From Candidatus Iainarchaeum sp. (lineage in GTDB: Archaea > Iainarchaeota > Iainarchaeia > Iainarchaeales > GCA-2688035), in the NCBI GenBank assembly GCA_017610205.1, contig JAFCCL010000005.1, positions 1 to 64,000 of the forward strand: DNA of 64,000 bases, read 5' to 3'. Made by a program: the position numbers and the translations under genes. Of this stretch, positions 17,834 to 27,448 are shown piece after piece (positions within the stretch are counted from its first letter, which is position 1; each line of letters opens with the position of its first letter). The notes under the pieces are model-generated. The model was not told where the DNA came from. It made no database searches and saw nothing but the letters and a program-made list of their open reading frames with translations.

Positions 17834-19393
17834 ATGCCAAAGATTAAAACCATAAAGGGAAAACTTCTTGAAAGCAGCCCTGAAAAAAATATTTTTGAAG
17901 GTTTTCCATACAACCTTTATGAAATTTTACCCCCTGTTTTGGACAAGGAGGAAATGCGAAAGGCAATTCTTTTAATAAAGATTATTTTGAGGTCGTCTTC
18001 TTTAAATTTGCTTAGTTCGGAGTTGGGCAAAGCGAACAATTCAATTCTTGCACAGTTCAGAAACGGTGTTGTACAATTTATTGACGTTAATACTCTTACT
18101 CATGTTTTGCCTTCTGCAAAGCAAACAGAAATTCTTAAAATAAATCTGTTGCCAGTAACTGACAAACTTGGAATTAAACACAAGGTTGCTTTTATAGACT
18201 ATGTTTTAAATTTAGCTATTGGTTATGGCCAGCTAAGTCAGCTTATGTTGGATTCGCAGCTTGAGGAAATAATGATAAACGGTTTTAATCGCGATGTTTT
18301 TGTTTTTCATAGAAAATATGGAAACTGTAAAACAAATATTTTTGTAAATGAGAAAAGCGGAGTATTTAATCTGATAAAAAGAATTTCTGCAACTGTAAGT
18401 AAGCAATTTAACGAACTTCATCCCTTGCTTGATGCAAGGCTTCCTGATGGAAGCAGAGCAAATGCAACTTTCAATTATGTAAGCCCTTTTGGTCACACTC
18501 TTACAATAAGAAAGTTTAGTGCAATTCCGCTTTCAATAGTTGACCTTATTTCAAATGAAACAATCACAACAGAACTTGCTGCATTTCTTTGGGTAATGGT
18601 GCAGGGTCTTGGAATGCATCCTATGAATATTATAATAACCGGCGGAACAGGCAGTGGAAAAACAACTTTTATGAATGTTCTAACAGCATTTATTCCTTTT
18701 GAAGATCGCATAATTTCGATTGAGGACACAATTGAACTTGATTTGGGTGCAAGGGAAAACTGGATTCAGATGGAGTCCAAGCCAAAAATCAAGGACGTTC
18801 TTGCTGTGTCAATGGATGATTTGCTTAAAAATACTTTAAGAATGAGGCCTGACAGGATAATTGTTGGAGAGGTAAGGGGAGCGGAAGCCCAAACCCTTTT
18901 TGTTGCAATGGACACTGGGCATAGAGGAATTTTGGGAACGCTGCATAGCAATAGTGCAAGGGAAATGATTCTAAGGCTTAAAAATGAGCCAATGGTTGTG
19001 CCTGAACAAATGCTTCCATTGCTTGACATGATTATAGTAATGCAAAGGCACTATCGCAAGGACAAGGGCATTGCAAGAAATATAAAACAGGTTGCTGAAA
19101 TAGGCCGAATGGACGAAACAGTTCTTTTAAATAACGTTTTTGAACTTGATGAAAAAACAGGAAAAACCAATAAATCAAATGTGCCAAGTTCCTTAATTGA
19201 AAAGCTTGCATTAGTTTCTGGAATGTCAAAAAATGAGCTTAAAAGGGAAATTAATATAAGGAATAAGATTTTGCAGTTTATGCTTGAAACAGGTTTAAGG
19301 AAGAGAAGTGATGTCGAAGCCTTAATACAGCACTATTATTTTGACTCTGAAAGCATTCTCAGACAGGTTGCTGACCATTTTGGCAAAAAATAA
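17834..19393 (+). CDS. CpaF/VirB11-family secretion/pilus ATPase (second copy)
   Basis: LDARLPDGSRAN, GGTGSGKTT, IEDTIEL, LRMRPDRIIVGEVRG, TGH. Confidence 0.92.
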   Translation: MPKIKTIKGKLLESSPEKNIFEGFPYNLYEILPPVLDKEEMRKAILLIKIILRSSSLNLLSSELGKANNSILAQFRNGVVQFIDVNTLTHVLPSAKQTEILKINLLPVTDKLGIKHKVAFIDYVLNLAIGYGQLSQLMLDSQLEEIMINGFNRDVFVFHRKYGNCKTNIFVNEKSGVFNLIKRISATVSKQFNELHPLLDARLPDGSRANATFNYVSPFGHTLTIRKFSAIPLSIVDLISNETITTELAAFLWVMVQGLGMHPMNIIITGGTGSGKTTFMNVLTAFIPFEDRIISIEDTIELDLGARENWIQMESKPKIKDVLAVSMDDLLKNTLRMRPDRIIVGEVRGAEAQTLFVAMDTGHRGILGTLHSNSAREMILRLKNEPMVVPEQMLPLLDMIIVMQRHYRKDKGIARNIKQVAEIGRMDETVLLNNVFELDEKTGKTNKSNVPSSLIEKLALVSGMSKNELKREINIRNKILQFMLETGLRKRSDVEALIQHYYFDSESILRQVADHFGKK

Positions 19394-19916
19394 CTGAAAA
19401 GAGAACACTGTATTTTGGTCCTTTGCTTTCAAGTTTGCTTTCTATAAGTTCAATGCTTTTTACCTGAATTTTTCTTTTAAACAATTTTCCTATTTTTCCC
19501 ACAATTTCCTGTGCCTGCTTTTTTTCTGCACCCTTGTTTCTTGCAAGCGTTATGTGGGCGTGAAATCTGTCATCGTGTGTACCAATTGCTTTTTGTAATT
19601 TTCTGTTCAAAAGATTGAATTCCTCTGTTCCCTTTCCAAAACCAAGCCACAAAATTTTTCCCTTAAAATGCCCTGCACAATTTATTTCCGCTTCAAAGCA
19701 ATCAAATTTTTGCAATACCTCAACTTGTTCCCTCAGGCGTTTTATGGATTCTTTAGGCAAATGTCCCAAAAAATGCATTGTAACATGCAGGTTTTCCTTT
19801 GAAACCCTGCTCCATCTGTTTTTTGGAATTTCTGGCAAAACATTTTTAGCAATTTCTTGTTTTACTTCATTTGACAAATTCACTGCAAAAAACAGGCGCT
19901 TGCTTTCATTACCCAC
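19359..19916 (-). CDS. thpR: RNA 2',3'-cyclic phosphodiesterase (2H family)
   Basis: RLFFAV, LHVTMHFLG, FHAHITLAR, GPKYS. Confidence 0.92.
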   Translation of the reverse strand: MGNESKRLFFAVNLSNEVKQEIAKNVLPEIPKNRWSRVSKENLHVTMHFLGHLPKESIKRLREQVEVLQKFDCFEAEINCAGHFKGKILWLGFGKGTEEFNLLNRKLQKAIGTHDDRFHAHITLARNKGAEKKQAQEIVGKIGKLFKRKIQVKSIELIESKLESKGPKYSVLFSVIFCQNGQQPV

Positions 19917-20028
19917 TTCAATCCCTTTCTGAATTGTTTTTTCATTTCAATCCCTTTCTGAATTGTTTTTTCATTTCAATCCCTTTCTGAATTGTTTTTT
20001 CATTTCAATCCCTTTCTGAATTCTTTTT
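19917..20028. repeat. 29-bp tandem repeat (~3.9 copies) of the taw3 3' end
   Basis: TTCAATCCCTTTCTGAATTGTTTTTTCAT at 19917, 19946, 19975, partial at 20004. Confidence 0.95.
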
Positions 20029-20623
20029 CAAGTCTTTTTAAAAGAGAATAATTCTTTTCAAGCTTTTCGTTTGCCCTTTCAAGAATGTATTTCATATACT
20101 CTTTTTCAACCAAGACTTTTTTTCTTTTTTTTACTGGAAATGCAATTCCCTGGCTTCCCTGCAATTCAACCAAAAACTTCCCTGGTTTTGCAACAATTAT
20201 TCCACCCCTTTTTACGCCTGCTTTTGTCATTGCAGCCAAAACCTTTTTGGAGTTTTCAAGGCTGTCTGCTCCAATGTGCAAAATGAACGGGTCCAGTTTG
20301 AACCATAGCTCGCCACTGGTGACTGCATTAATTCCTTCCCATAGTTCTTTTTCTTTTACAATCCGGTGCCATTTCCTGTGAAAACTTGCATCTTTTTTGC
20401 TTTCGCCTTTTGGAAGCTGCAACAAAATTATTCTTCCTGCGCAGCTGCTGCTTGTGAAAAAATTTTTTGTCTTTGAGACAAACCTGCACATTGGAATAAT
20501 TTGCTTGTCGGCTTTTCCTTCATTGACTGCTTTCTCAAAGCTTTTTTTGTGCATGGCGTTAACCATTGTAAATCGTTCAATGCCTGCGAATTTTTTTTTG
20601 TTCAAATCAGAATTTTTTCCCAT
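20000..20623 (-). CDS. taw3: tRNA wybutosine-synthesis methyltransferase Taw3/TYW3
   Basis: FTSSSCAGRI, KWH, PFILHI. Confidence 0.9.
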   Translation of the reverse strand: MGKNSDLNKKKFAGIERFTMVNAMHKKSFEKAVNEGKADKQIIPMCRFVSKTKNFFTSSSCAGRIILLQLPKGESKKDASFHRKWHRIVKEKELWEGINAVTSGELWFKLDPFILHIGADSLENSKKVLAAMTKAGVKRGGIIVAKPGKFLVELQGSQGIAFPVKKRKKVLVEKEYMKYILERANEKLEKNYSLLKRLEKEFRKGLK

Positions 20624-20660
20624 TCAATCAATTCCTTTCAATTATTTTTATTTTCCATTT

Positions 20661-21305
20661 TTAAATCAGAATCTCTTTCCATTTCAATTCGTCTTCCAAT
20701 TCAAGCAATAGTGCTCTTCCTTCTTTTACTGCTCCAATATTGATGCTGGTTGTTTTTCCGATTTTTTCCTCTCCAAAAGAGTTATGTGCATGTCCGCAAA
20801 TATGGAGTAAGGGCTGCTCTTTTTCCAGAACCTCTTTTACTGCCTTGCTTCCTATATGCTTTCCGTTGCTTTTTGAAATGTCAATTCCTAATCCAAACGG
20901 AGGCAAATGAGTAAGCAATATAACATTTTTTTCATTATGCATTAGTTCAAGCAATGTTTTTTTTATTTTTTCTTCGCTTGAAAGAAAATTGCCTTCGTTG
21001 CCATCAATTCCTCCACCAAACCCTGCAAAAGTAAATTTTCCAATTTTTTCCTTTTTTCCATGCAATGAAATCTTTTTTTCTTCAAGAATTTTCAATACAC
21101 TCAAACTATCCATATTGCCGGGAACGGCTAAAACCTTAAATTCTTCAAGTGGCTTTAGTACTTCTTTGGCTTGGTTTGTCTCTCCGCATTCTGTCAAATC
21201 TCCTGTTACTAATGCCAAATCCAAGTCTTCGTTATGTATAAGTTCCACTATCTGTTTTACTTTGGATGACAATCCGTGAATATCTCCTAATGCAAGTATT
21301 TTCAT
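20661..21305 (-). CDS. Calcineurin-like metallophosphoesterase
   Basis: GDIHG, TGDLT, PGNMD, THLPP, CGHAH. Confidence 0.9.
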   Translation of the reverse strand: MKILALGDIHGLSSKVKQIVELIHNEDLDLALVTGDLTECGETNQAKEVLKPLEEFKVLAVPGNMDSLSVLKILEEKKISLHGKKEKIGKFTFAGFGGGIDGNEGNFLSSEEKIKKTLLELMHNEKNVILLTHLPPFGLGIDISKSNGKHIGSKAVKEVLEKEQPLLHICGHAHNSFGEEKIGKTTSINIGAVKEGRALLLELEDELKWKEILI

Positions 21306-21417
21306 TTTTAGATGCTTTTCCAATGCAAGTATTGTTTCAGATACTATTTCAACATAACTATTTTCATTTTAGATACCTTTTTAATTTTGTTAAGACGTAA
21401 TATTATTGGGGTTGTAA

Positions 21418-22197
21418 TTGTTTAAAAGAATACTTGTATTATTTTGTTTTCTAATGCTTGCCAGCCAGGCTTTTGCTGCAATATATCCTGTAGAGCCTGT
21501 TGACACCAAACTTTCAGCCGGTGATGAAATTTCCTTTGGAAAGATTGCAAGAGGAGAAACTCTCAGGATTATTGTTAAGAAAAAAAGTGATTTGGGCAGT
21601 GATTGGGTTTCTATTGGAGTTAGTGGGTTGCCTTCTGGTTGGGAAGCTGAAACTGTTGAAACAGACAAAACTTTGATTGCTTTGGTTTCTGTTGCTCCGG
21701 ATGCTGAAATAAGCACCCAGCGCGTAATGTTTACTGTTGCAAACAATTCAATACCAAGTTTGAATGAATCATTTTACGGTTCTGTTTCGGTAAATGAAAA
21801 TTTACTGGATATATCTTTTGAAAGCCTTGCACTTAATGCCTCTCTTGGCGAACCAACAGAAGCTGTTTTGGTAATTAATAATGATTCAATTGCCCGGCAT
21901 TTTCTTGTTGTGAAAAGCACCCTGCCTGATTACTGGTTTTCTGAAAAAACAATTGAGCTTGCTCCACTTGAAACAAGACAGGTTTTGATAGAGATTGTAC
22001 CGCACTCTTATGGTGAAAAAAACTTTTCGTTTAACGTTTTTTCTACACTGAATTCTAATAGTTTAAGCTTTCCTGCAAAGCTTGATGTAAAGCCAACTCT
22101 TTTAGGGATGTTTAGGGCTCCGTCCGCAGGCTTTTCTTTTTTCTCGCCAGGTATGCTGCCCTATTATCTTATTAGCAGTCTGCTTAGCTTTTTTTAA
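21418..22197 (+). CDS. Secreted/membrane-anchored protein with beta-rich (Ig-like) domains
   Basis: Signal peptide ending AFA, GLPSGW segment, hydrophobic C-terminus. Confidence 0.7.
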   Translation: MFKRILVLFCFLMLASQAFAAIYPVEPVDTKLSAGDEISFGKIARGETLRIIVKKKSDLGSDWVSIGVSGLPSGWEAETVETDKTLIALVSVAPDAEISTQRVMFTVANNSIPSLNESFYGSVSVNENLLDISFESLALNASLGEPTEAVLVINNDSIARHFLVVKSTLPDYWFSEKTIELAPLETRQVLIEIVPHSYGEKNFSFNVFSTLNSNSLSFPAKLDVKPTLLGMFRAPSAGFSFFSPGMLPYYLISSLLSFF

Positions 22198-22204
22198 TTG
22201 ACTT

Positions 22205-23788
22205 GTGTGGTTTTTTTTGAATAAAACAAAAGTCTATTCGCGTGATTTAATTTCCTTAATTGAATCAGGAAAAATTGTTTCAAGAGAACGGTTAAATGAG
22301 GCAAAGATTGCACTTTGTTCAAAGCACAAGCTTTCAGACATGCCTTCAAATGCAACAATCCTTTCTTTTGCAAAAAAGAGAACCGATGTTTTGCTAAATC
22401 TTCTTAAGGTAAAGCCTACCAGAAGTTTGAGTGGAATAACGGTTGTTGCAATAATGTCAAAGCCGCATAACTGTCCTGGAAAATGCATTTATTGTCCTGG
22501 AAGCCTTTTGCCTGGTAAAAAAACTCCAAAGAGTTATACTGGAAAAGAGCCTGCTACAATGAGGGCAATTAACATGGGTTTTGATCCAAATAAGCAGATT
22601 AAAAACAGAATATGCCAGCTTAGGGAAGCCGGACACAACACCAGTAAGATTGAATTAATTGTAATGGGTGGAACTTTTTTAAGTCAGACAAAGGCCTATC
22701 AGGAAAAATTTATGCTTTCTTCAATAAACACTTTGTCCAATTCAAGGGCAAAAACAATTGAGTCTGCAAAAAAACTGGCTGAGAAAAGCAAAACAAGAAT
22801 TGCAGGAATTACTTTTGAAACACGACCTGATTTCTGCGGTAAAAACGAAATTCAACAAATGCTAATGTTTGGCGGAACCAGATGTGAACTTGGTGTTCAA
22901 ACAATTTATGACAAAACCTACAAAAAAATAAACCGTGGGCATACAATTGCCGATGTTGTAACAGCAACAGAGCTTTTGAAGGATTCCTGTTTTAAGATAG
23001 CTTACCATTATATGCCTGGACTGCCGTCTGTTTCATTTTCAGAGGACAAGAAAGCATTAAAGGCCCTTTTTAAAAATCCTGATTTTATGCCTGACAATCT
23101 CAAAATATATCCCTGTCTTGTGATTGAGGGAACAAAGCTTTATTCTTGGTGGAAGCAAGGCAAGTACAGTCCTTTTTCAACAGAAAAAGCCGTAAAACTG
23201 CTTGTTTATGCAAAGCGTTTTGTTCCCCGCTGGGCAAGAATTATGCGCATTCAGCGTGATATCCCTGCACAGCTTATTTCCGCAGGCGTAAAAAAAAGCA
23301 ATCTCAGGCAGCTTGTGCAGGAGGAGTTGCATTCAAAGGGACTTAAATGTAGTTGTATAAGATGCAGGGAAGCAGGGCTTCTTTCACGCAAAGGAATTCA
23401 GGCAACTGATCCAAAAATGTTTGTTGAAAAATATAATGCAAGTAATGGCAGGGAATTTTTTATTTCTTTTGAGGACAAAAAAAGACAATGCCTGTTTGGT
23501 TTTGCAAGGCTTAGAATGCCTGCAAATCCTTTTATGGAGGAAATAGGCTGTGACACTGGTCTTGTAAGGGAACTGCGTGTTTTTGGGTTGCCAATGGATT
23601 TGCATGAGAGGAAAAAGCATGCATTGCAGCATAAGGGCTTTGGAAAAGCTCTTTTAAAAAAGACCGAAGAAATTTCACTTGATTTTGGTGCAAAAAAGCT
23701 TTTGGTAATAAGCGGGCTTGGAGTAAAGCCTTATTATTATTCTCAGGGTTTTAAGCCTGATGGTTTTTTTGTATCAAAAGTCATTTAA
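22205..23788 (+). CDS. elp3: Elp3 radical SAM tRNA acetyltransferase
   Basis: CPGKCIYCP, SYTGKEP, ETRPD, ELGVQ, RIQRDIP, QHKGFG. Confidence 0.95.
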   Translation: MWFFLNKTKVYSRDLISLIESGKIVSRERLNEAKIALCSKHKLSDMPSNATILSFAKKRTDVLLNLLKVKPTRSLSGITVVAIMSKPHNCPGKCIYCPGSLLPGKKTPKSYTGKEPATMRAINMGFDPNKQIKNRICQLREAGHNTSKIELIVMGGTFLSQTKAYQEKFMLSSINTLSNSRAKTIESAKKLAEKSKTRIAGITFETRPDFCGKNEIQQMLMFGGTRCELGVQTIYDKTYKKINRGHTIADVVTATELLKDSCFKIAYHYMPGLPSVSFSEDKKALKALFKNPDFMPDNLKIYPCLVIEGTKLYSWWKQGKYSPFSTEKAVKLLVYAKRFVPRWARIMRIQRDIPAQLISAGVKKSNLRQLVQEELHSKGLKCSCIRCREAGLLSRKGIQATDPKMFVEKYNASNGREFFISFEDKKRQCLFGFARLRMPANPFMEEIGCDTGLVRELRVFGLPMDLHERKKHALQHKGFGKALLKKTEEISLDFGAKKLLVISGLGVKPYYYSQGFKPDGFFVSKVI

Positions 23789-23814
23789 ACAACTTTGAAC
23801 TTATTGTTTTATTC

Positions 23815-24120
23815 ATGAGTCCGGAAGATAAATGGATTCTTTTCCTTGAGCGCAATCCGTCTTTTTTTAAGCTAAGTAAGGATTCTTTTTCATTAAATGT
23901 TCTTGAAAAAGTAGGTGCTGGAAGCAAAAGCACGACCGGCTTAAAAAAGTTTTTCCCCGGAATAAGTGAGCGAAAGCTAAGGATTTCGTTGAACAGGCTG
24001 ATTGAGTATAATGTGATTGCAAGTGTAATGCTTGGTTCAAAGAATTTTTATATAATAACTGATAATGGAAAAAAACTTCTTTCAGAATACAAAAAAGTAA
24101 GCAAATTTTTCAAAGCATAA
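23815..24120 (+). CDS. Winged-helix DNA-binding protein
   Basis: ISERKLRISLNRLIEYNVI...YIITDNGKK (HxlR/MarR-like wing). Confidence 0.7.
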   Translation: MSPEDKWILFLERNPSFFKLSKDSFSLNVLEKVGAGSKSTTGLKKFFPGISERKLRISLNRLIEYNVIASVMLGSKNFYIITDNGKKLLSEYKKVSKFFKA

Positions 24121-24194
24121 TCGCCCTGTTTTAAAAGCTTTTTCCAGAATTTAATATATAGTATATATTGGATTTTTTAAGAGGGTAAAAAAAA

Positions 24195-24593
24195 ATGACA
24201 AGAGCTCTTGTGGCTGTTTTAGGAATTGGAAAGGGAACCTGGGGTCATATTGCAAGACTAATTACTAAAGATGAGTGGGATAAAATTCTGCTTGTTGGAA
24301 ACGAATGGGGTAAGGAAAATTTTTCTCCTTTCAAAAAAGGCGCTGAAGGTTCTCCTGCTCCTGAAAAAGAAATTGACTGGATATTGGTAAACAACAGGGT
24401 TGGTTTTAATATTCTAAAGGACACAATAAAGGAACAATTGCCTGTTGTTGACGAAATATGTGTGTCATTAATTAGTGGCAGTGGAAAAGAGCATATTGCA
24501 TTACTTGCGGCTTTAAAGGAATCCGGCAAGAAATTCAAACTTGTTATTCTTTCAAAAAATGAGTCAGGGCAAGCAGGTCCACAGTACTTTTAA
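24195..24593 (+). CDS. Hypothetical protein, possible CARF-like Rossmann fold
   Basis: LVAVLGIGKG N-terminal strand; VSLISGSGKEHIAL resembles the CARF GG.K loop. Confidence 0.55.
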   Translation: MTRALVAVLGIGKGTWGHIARLITKDEWDKILLVGNEWGKENFSPFKKGAEGSPAPEKEIDWILVNNRVGFNILKDTIKEQLPVVDEICVSLISGSGKEHIALLAALKESGKKFKLVILSKNESGQAGPQYF

Positions 24594-24628
24594 GCATTTT
24601 TTTTCAATGCAGGAAATTTCATGGTGTT

Positions 24629-24994
24629 TTGCATTTGTTTGAAATCTTTTTGTTAATTCTTTCAATTGTCCTGTTTCTGATTCTTATTTTTCTAATTAAA
24701 AAAGTTTTTTCTCTAAGACAAACTATTGAGGATTTGCGTTTTAAAAAAAGAAGCCAGGCAGTAAAATATGGTCAGCTTACAGAGCAATTTATTCCATTTA
24801 TTGAATCCTTTCCATACGACCCACAGCAATTTCGCTTTCTTGGAAATCCTATTGACGGAGTTTTGTTTGACGAAGAAGAAATAGTGTTCTGCGAATTCAA
24901 AACAGCTTCAAGCCAGCTCAATCAAAGGCAGAAGCAAATAAAACAGCTTGTTGAAAACAAAAAGGTAAAATGGCTTGAGTTCAGGGTTGATTAA
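24629..24994 (+). CDS. Membrane-anchored Holliday-junction-resolvase-like PD-(D/E)xK protein
   Basis: N-terminal TM helix, GQLTEQFIPF, FLGNPIDGV, FCEFKT. Confidence 0.85.
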   Translation: MHLFEIFLLILSIVLFLILIFLIKKVFSLRQTIEDLRFKKRSQAVKYGQLTEQFIPFIESFPYDPQQFRFLGNPIDGVLFDEEEIVFCEFKTASSQLNQRQKQIKQLVENKKVKWLEFRVD

Positions 24995-26357
24995 CAGGTT
25001 CTGTAATCTTTTTTTGTTTTTCCTCAAAAGCCTTTCCATCCCAGCAGTAAAGGCACAATTCATTGTTGTTTTTTCCAATAGCTTCAAACAGGTCCTTCAA
25101 TGTATTGTAAACCAGGCTATCTGCTTCAATATATTTGCATATTCCTTCAACAGACATTTTTCTTGCAATTAGTTCGTCATAGTTTCTTGTTGCAATGCCA
25201 TACCTGCATGGGTGCATTAATGGAGGGACTGCAATTCTGACATGGACCTCTTTTGCACCTGCTTTTTTCAGCTCTTTTACCTTTTCCCTAATTTGTGTCC
25301 CCCTTACAATGCTGTCATCGCATAGAACAATTTTTTTTCCTTTAACAGCCTCTTTTAGTACACTTAATTTTTTCTTTGCCATGTTGTTTCTTTCTTCCTG
25401 TGTTGCCTGTGTATAGCTTCTGTCACCATACCTGTCAAGCAAAAAAACACTTTTTAACGGAACACCGCTTTCCAAATGGTATCCTTCAGCATGTCCTATT
25501 CCGCTGTTTGGCACTGGTGCAACAATATCGGCTTTAAGTTTGCCACTGTCTTTTTTTGCAAGCATTGCCCCCATATTGTTTCTTGCCTTGTCAACCGATA
25601 CGCCATCAATTACTGAGTCAACGCTTGCTGTATAAGCCCATTCAAATGCACAATGTGCTGTTCTCTTTCCTGCTGAATGCTTTAATGTCTTAAATCCGCT
25701 TCCGTCAATAAAAACAATTTCGCCTGGTTTCACATCTCTTACAATTTCCAGTTCAAGATTTTGCAAAGCCCTGCTTTCTGATGAAACAGCATAGTCCTTT
25801 CCATTGCTTCCGAGAATAAGTGGCTTAAATCCAAGCGGGTCTCTTGCTGCAAAAATGCCGTCTGGTGTAAGAATAAGAATACAATAGCTTCCTTCAATTG
25901 TCTTGTTTATTGCTTCAATTCCTTCAACAAAGCTTTCTTCCTGTGCAATTATTTTTGCAAGGAGTTCAATCTGGCTGTCAAGCCAAAAACTGTAGCCTCT
26001 TTTTTTAAATTGTGGTATTAAATCTCCTGCATTTGCAATATTGCCGTTGAAGCATATTGCAAAATCCCCTAGTTTGCTGTGCAATGTCATTGGCTGCCTG
26101 TCATTTAGGCTTACATGCCCTATTCCAAAATGTCCGTCTAACTCTTCAAAATCTTCTCTTGTAAAAGTCTGGTCAACCATTCCCTTATGGCTTTGAATTT
26201 TTATTTTGTTTCCATCGCTTGTGGCAATTCCACAGTACTGCTGCCCCCTGTGCTGTAAAAAATGAAGTGCTAAATGAATTTGCTTAACAACCTTGTCGTT
26301 GCTGTAAAGCCCAAAAACTCCGCAGTTTTCCTTTACTTCACCCAAAGAACTCACCAA
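24981..26357 (-). CDS. purF: Amidophosphoribosyltransferase
   Basis: Propeptide then CGVFG, LQHRGQ, PVPNSG, DDSIVRGT, Fe-S Cys residues. Confidence 0.95.
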   Translation of the reverse strand: MVSSLGEVKENCGVFGLYSNDKVVKQIHLALHFLQHRGQQYCGIATSDGNKIKIQSHKGMVDQTFTREDFEELDGHFGIGHVSLNDRQPMTLHSKLGDFAICFNGNIANAGDLIPQFKKRGYSFWLDSQIELLAKIIAQEESFVEGIEAINKTIEGSYCILILTPDGIFAARDPLGFKPLILGSNGKDYAVSSESRALQNLELEIVRDVKPGEIVFIDGSGFKTLKHSAGKRTAHCAFEWAYTASVDSVIDGVSVDKARNNMGAMLAKKDSGKLKADIVAPVPNSGIGHAEGYHLESGVPLKSVFLLDRYGDRSYTQATQEERNNMAKKKLSVLKEAVKGKKIVLCDDSIVRGTQIREKVKELKKAGAKEVHVRIAVPPLMHPCRYGIATRNYDELIARKMSVEGICKYIEADSLVYNTLKDLFEAIGKNNNELCLYCWDGKAFEEKQKKITEPVNQP

Positions 26358-26389
26358 TAAAAAAATTAACCCAAAAAAACCTTAAAAAG

Positions 26390-27439
26390 CTATCCTGTAA
26401 TTTTATACCTTAGAATCGCGGCAATGCCTCCAAGGTTTTGCAGTGTTTTTCCTGCTTCATGCTCTGAATTTATCAAATGCACTTCAGAGCCTGTTTTTTC
26501 TGCATCCTGCATCACTTTTTCGGTTTCTTCTCTTTTTTCAAGCAAAAATTTGTCTGTAACAAGCAGCATTTGCACTGCTCCGACCTTTACTGCTTTTTTT
26601 ACTTCCTTAAGCCCGTATTCTGCAATACCTAAGTCTTTCCCAAGCTCTGCCAAAATCTTTTCCACAAGAACTGTTTCTTTTACAATTTGCATTTCCTGCG
26701 CAATTTTTTCCAAAGCATTGCCTTTTAGCAGTTCCTGCAATCCTGTTTTTCCCACGCTGTTTGTTGCCGAGTAAAAGAACTGAATTTCTTTTGGCATTCT
26801 TTTTTCTTCCAAAAACTTTTGGAATTCCTCTTTTGTAAAACCAGGTCCTGCAACAATTGCCTTTTCCGGTTTTATTTCTAAAATCTTTTCAAGAATTTCT
26901 GCAAAATACTTTCCCTTTACATCTTCTCCCTTAAATTGTTTTCCTGACTTTCCGCTTTTCATAGATGCCTTTTCTTCAAGTTCAAATTCGCGCAAAATAG
27001 CAAAGCTTGCCTGTTCATCATCCAGTACTACCAGCAAAACCTTTCCTTTTTTTGTTGCCTCGGCAGCTTTTTTTATTCTTTCAATTTGAAATTTTTTTAA
27101 AGCCTGTTTTTTTATCTTCACATCCTTGCCCAAGACTATTTCAAGCGAATGCTGTGCTCCCATTTCCAAAAACTCCACTGGCTTTCCGCCTGTAATAATT
27201 CCGCTTACTCTAAGCTGCCCCAAAAATCTGTGGAATTCGACATTGTCTGCATCAAGCTCGATAAACATCTTTACTCTTTTTGGCTTTTCTCCTGCTTCTT
27301 TTGGCTTTATTTTTCTGTCACTTGGTCCTGAAACAAGGTCGTGTTTTTCTATTATTCTTTCAAGGTGCCACAAATCATCTTCTATTTCCGGAACAATGTG
27401 AAGAAAATTTTCCCGTGTATCAATTTTCAAAATTCTCAT
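26390..27439 (-). CDS. pelA: Pelota
   Basis: DDLWHL, AGPGF, GGIAAILRY. Confidence 0.95.
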   Translation of the reverse strand: MRILKIDTRENFLHIVPEIEDDLWHLERIIEKHDLVSGPSDRKIKPKEAGEKPKRVKMFIELDADNVEFHRFLGQLRVSGIITGGKPVEFLEMGAQHSLEIVLGKDVKIKKQALKKFQIERIKKAAEATKKGKVLLVVLDDEQASFAILREFELEEKASMKSGKSGKQFKGEDVKGKYFAEILEKILEIKPEKAIVAGPGFTKEEFQKFLEEKRMPKEIQFFYSATNSVGKTGLQELLKGNALEKIAQEMQIVKETVLVEKILAELGKDLGIAEYGLKEVKKAVKVGAVQMLLVTDKFLLEKREETEKVMQDAEKTGSEVHLINSEHEAGKTLQNLGGIAAILRYKITG

Positions 27440-27448
27440 AAAAACGCC

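Noticed and set aside
20661-21305. Mre11
   Set aside because: Only ~214 aa, GNMD rather than GNHD, no capping domain, and not next to rad50.
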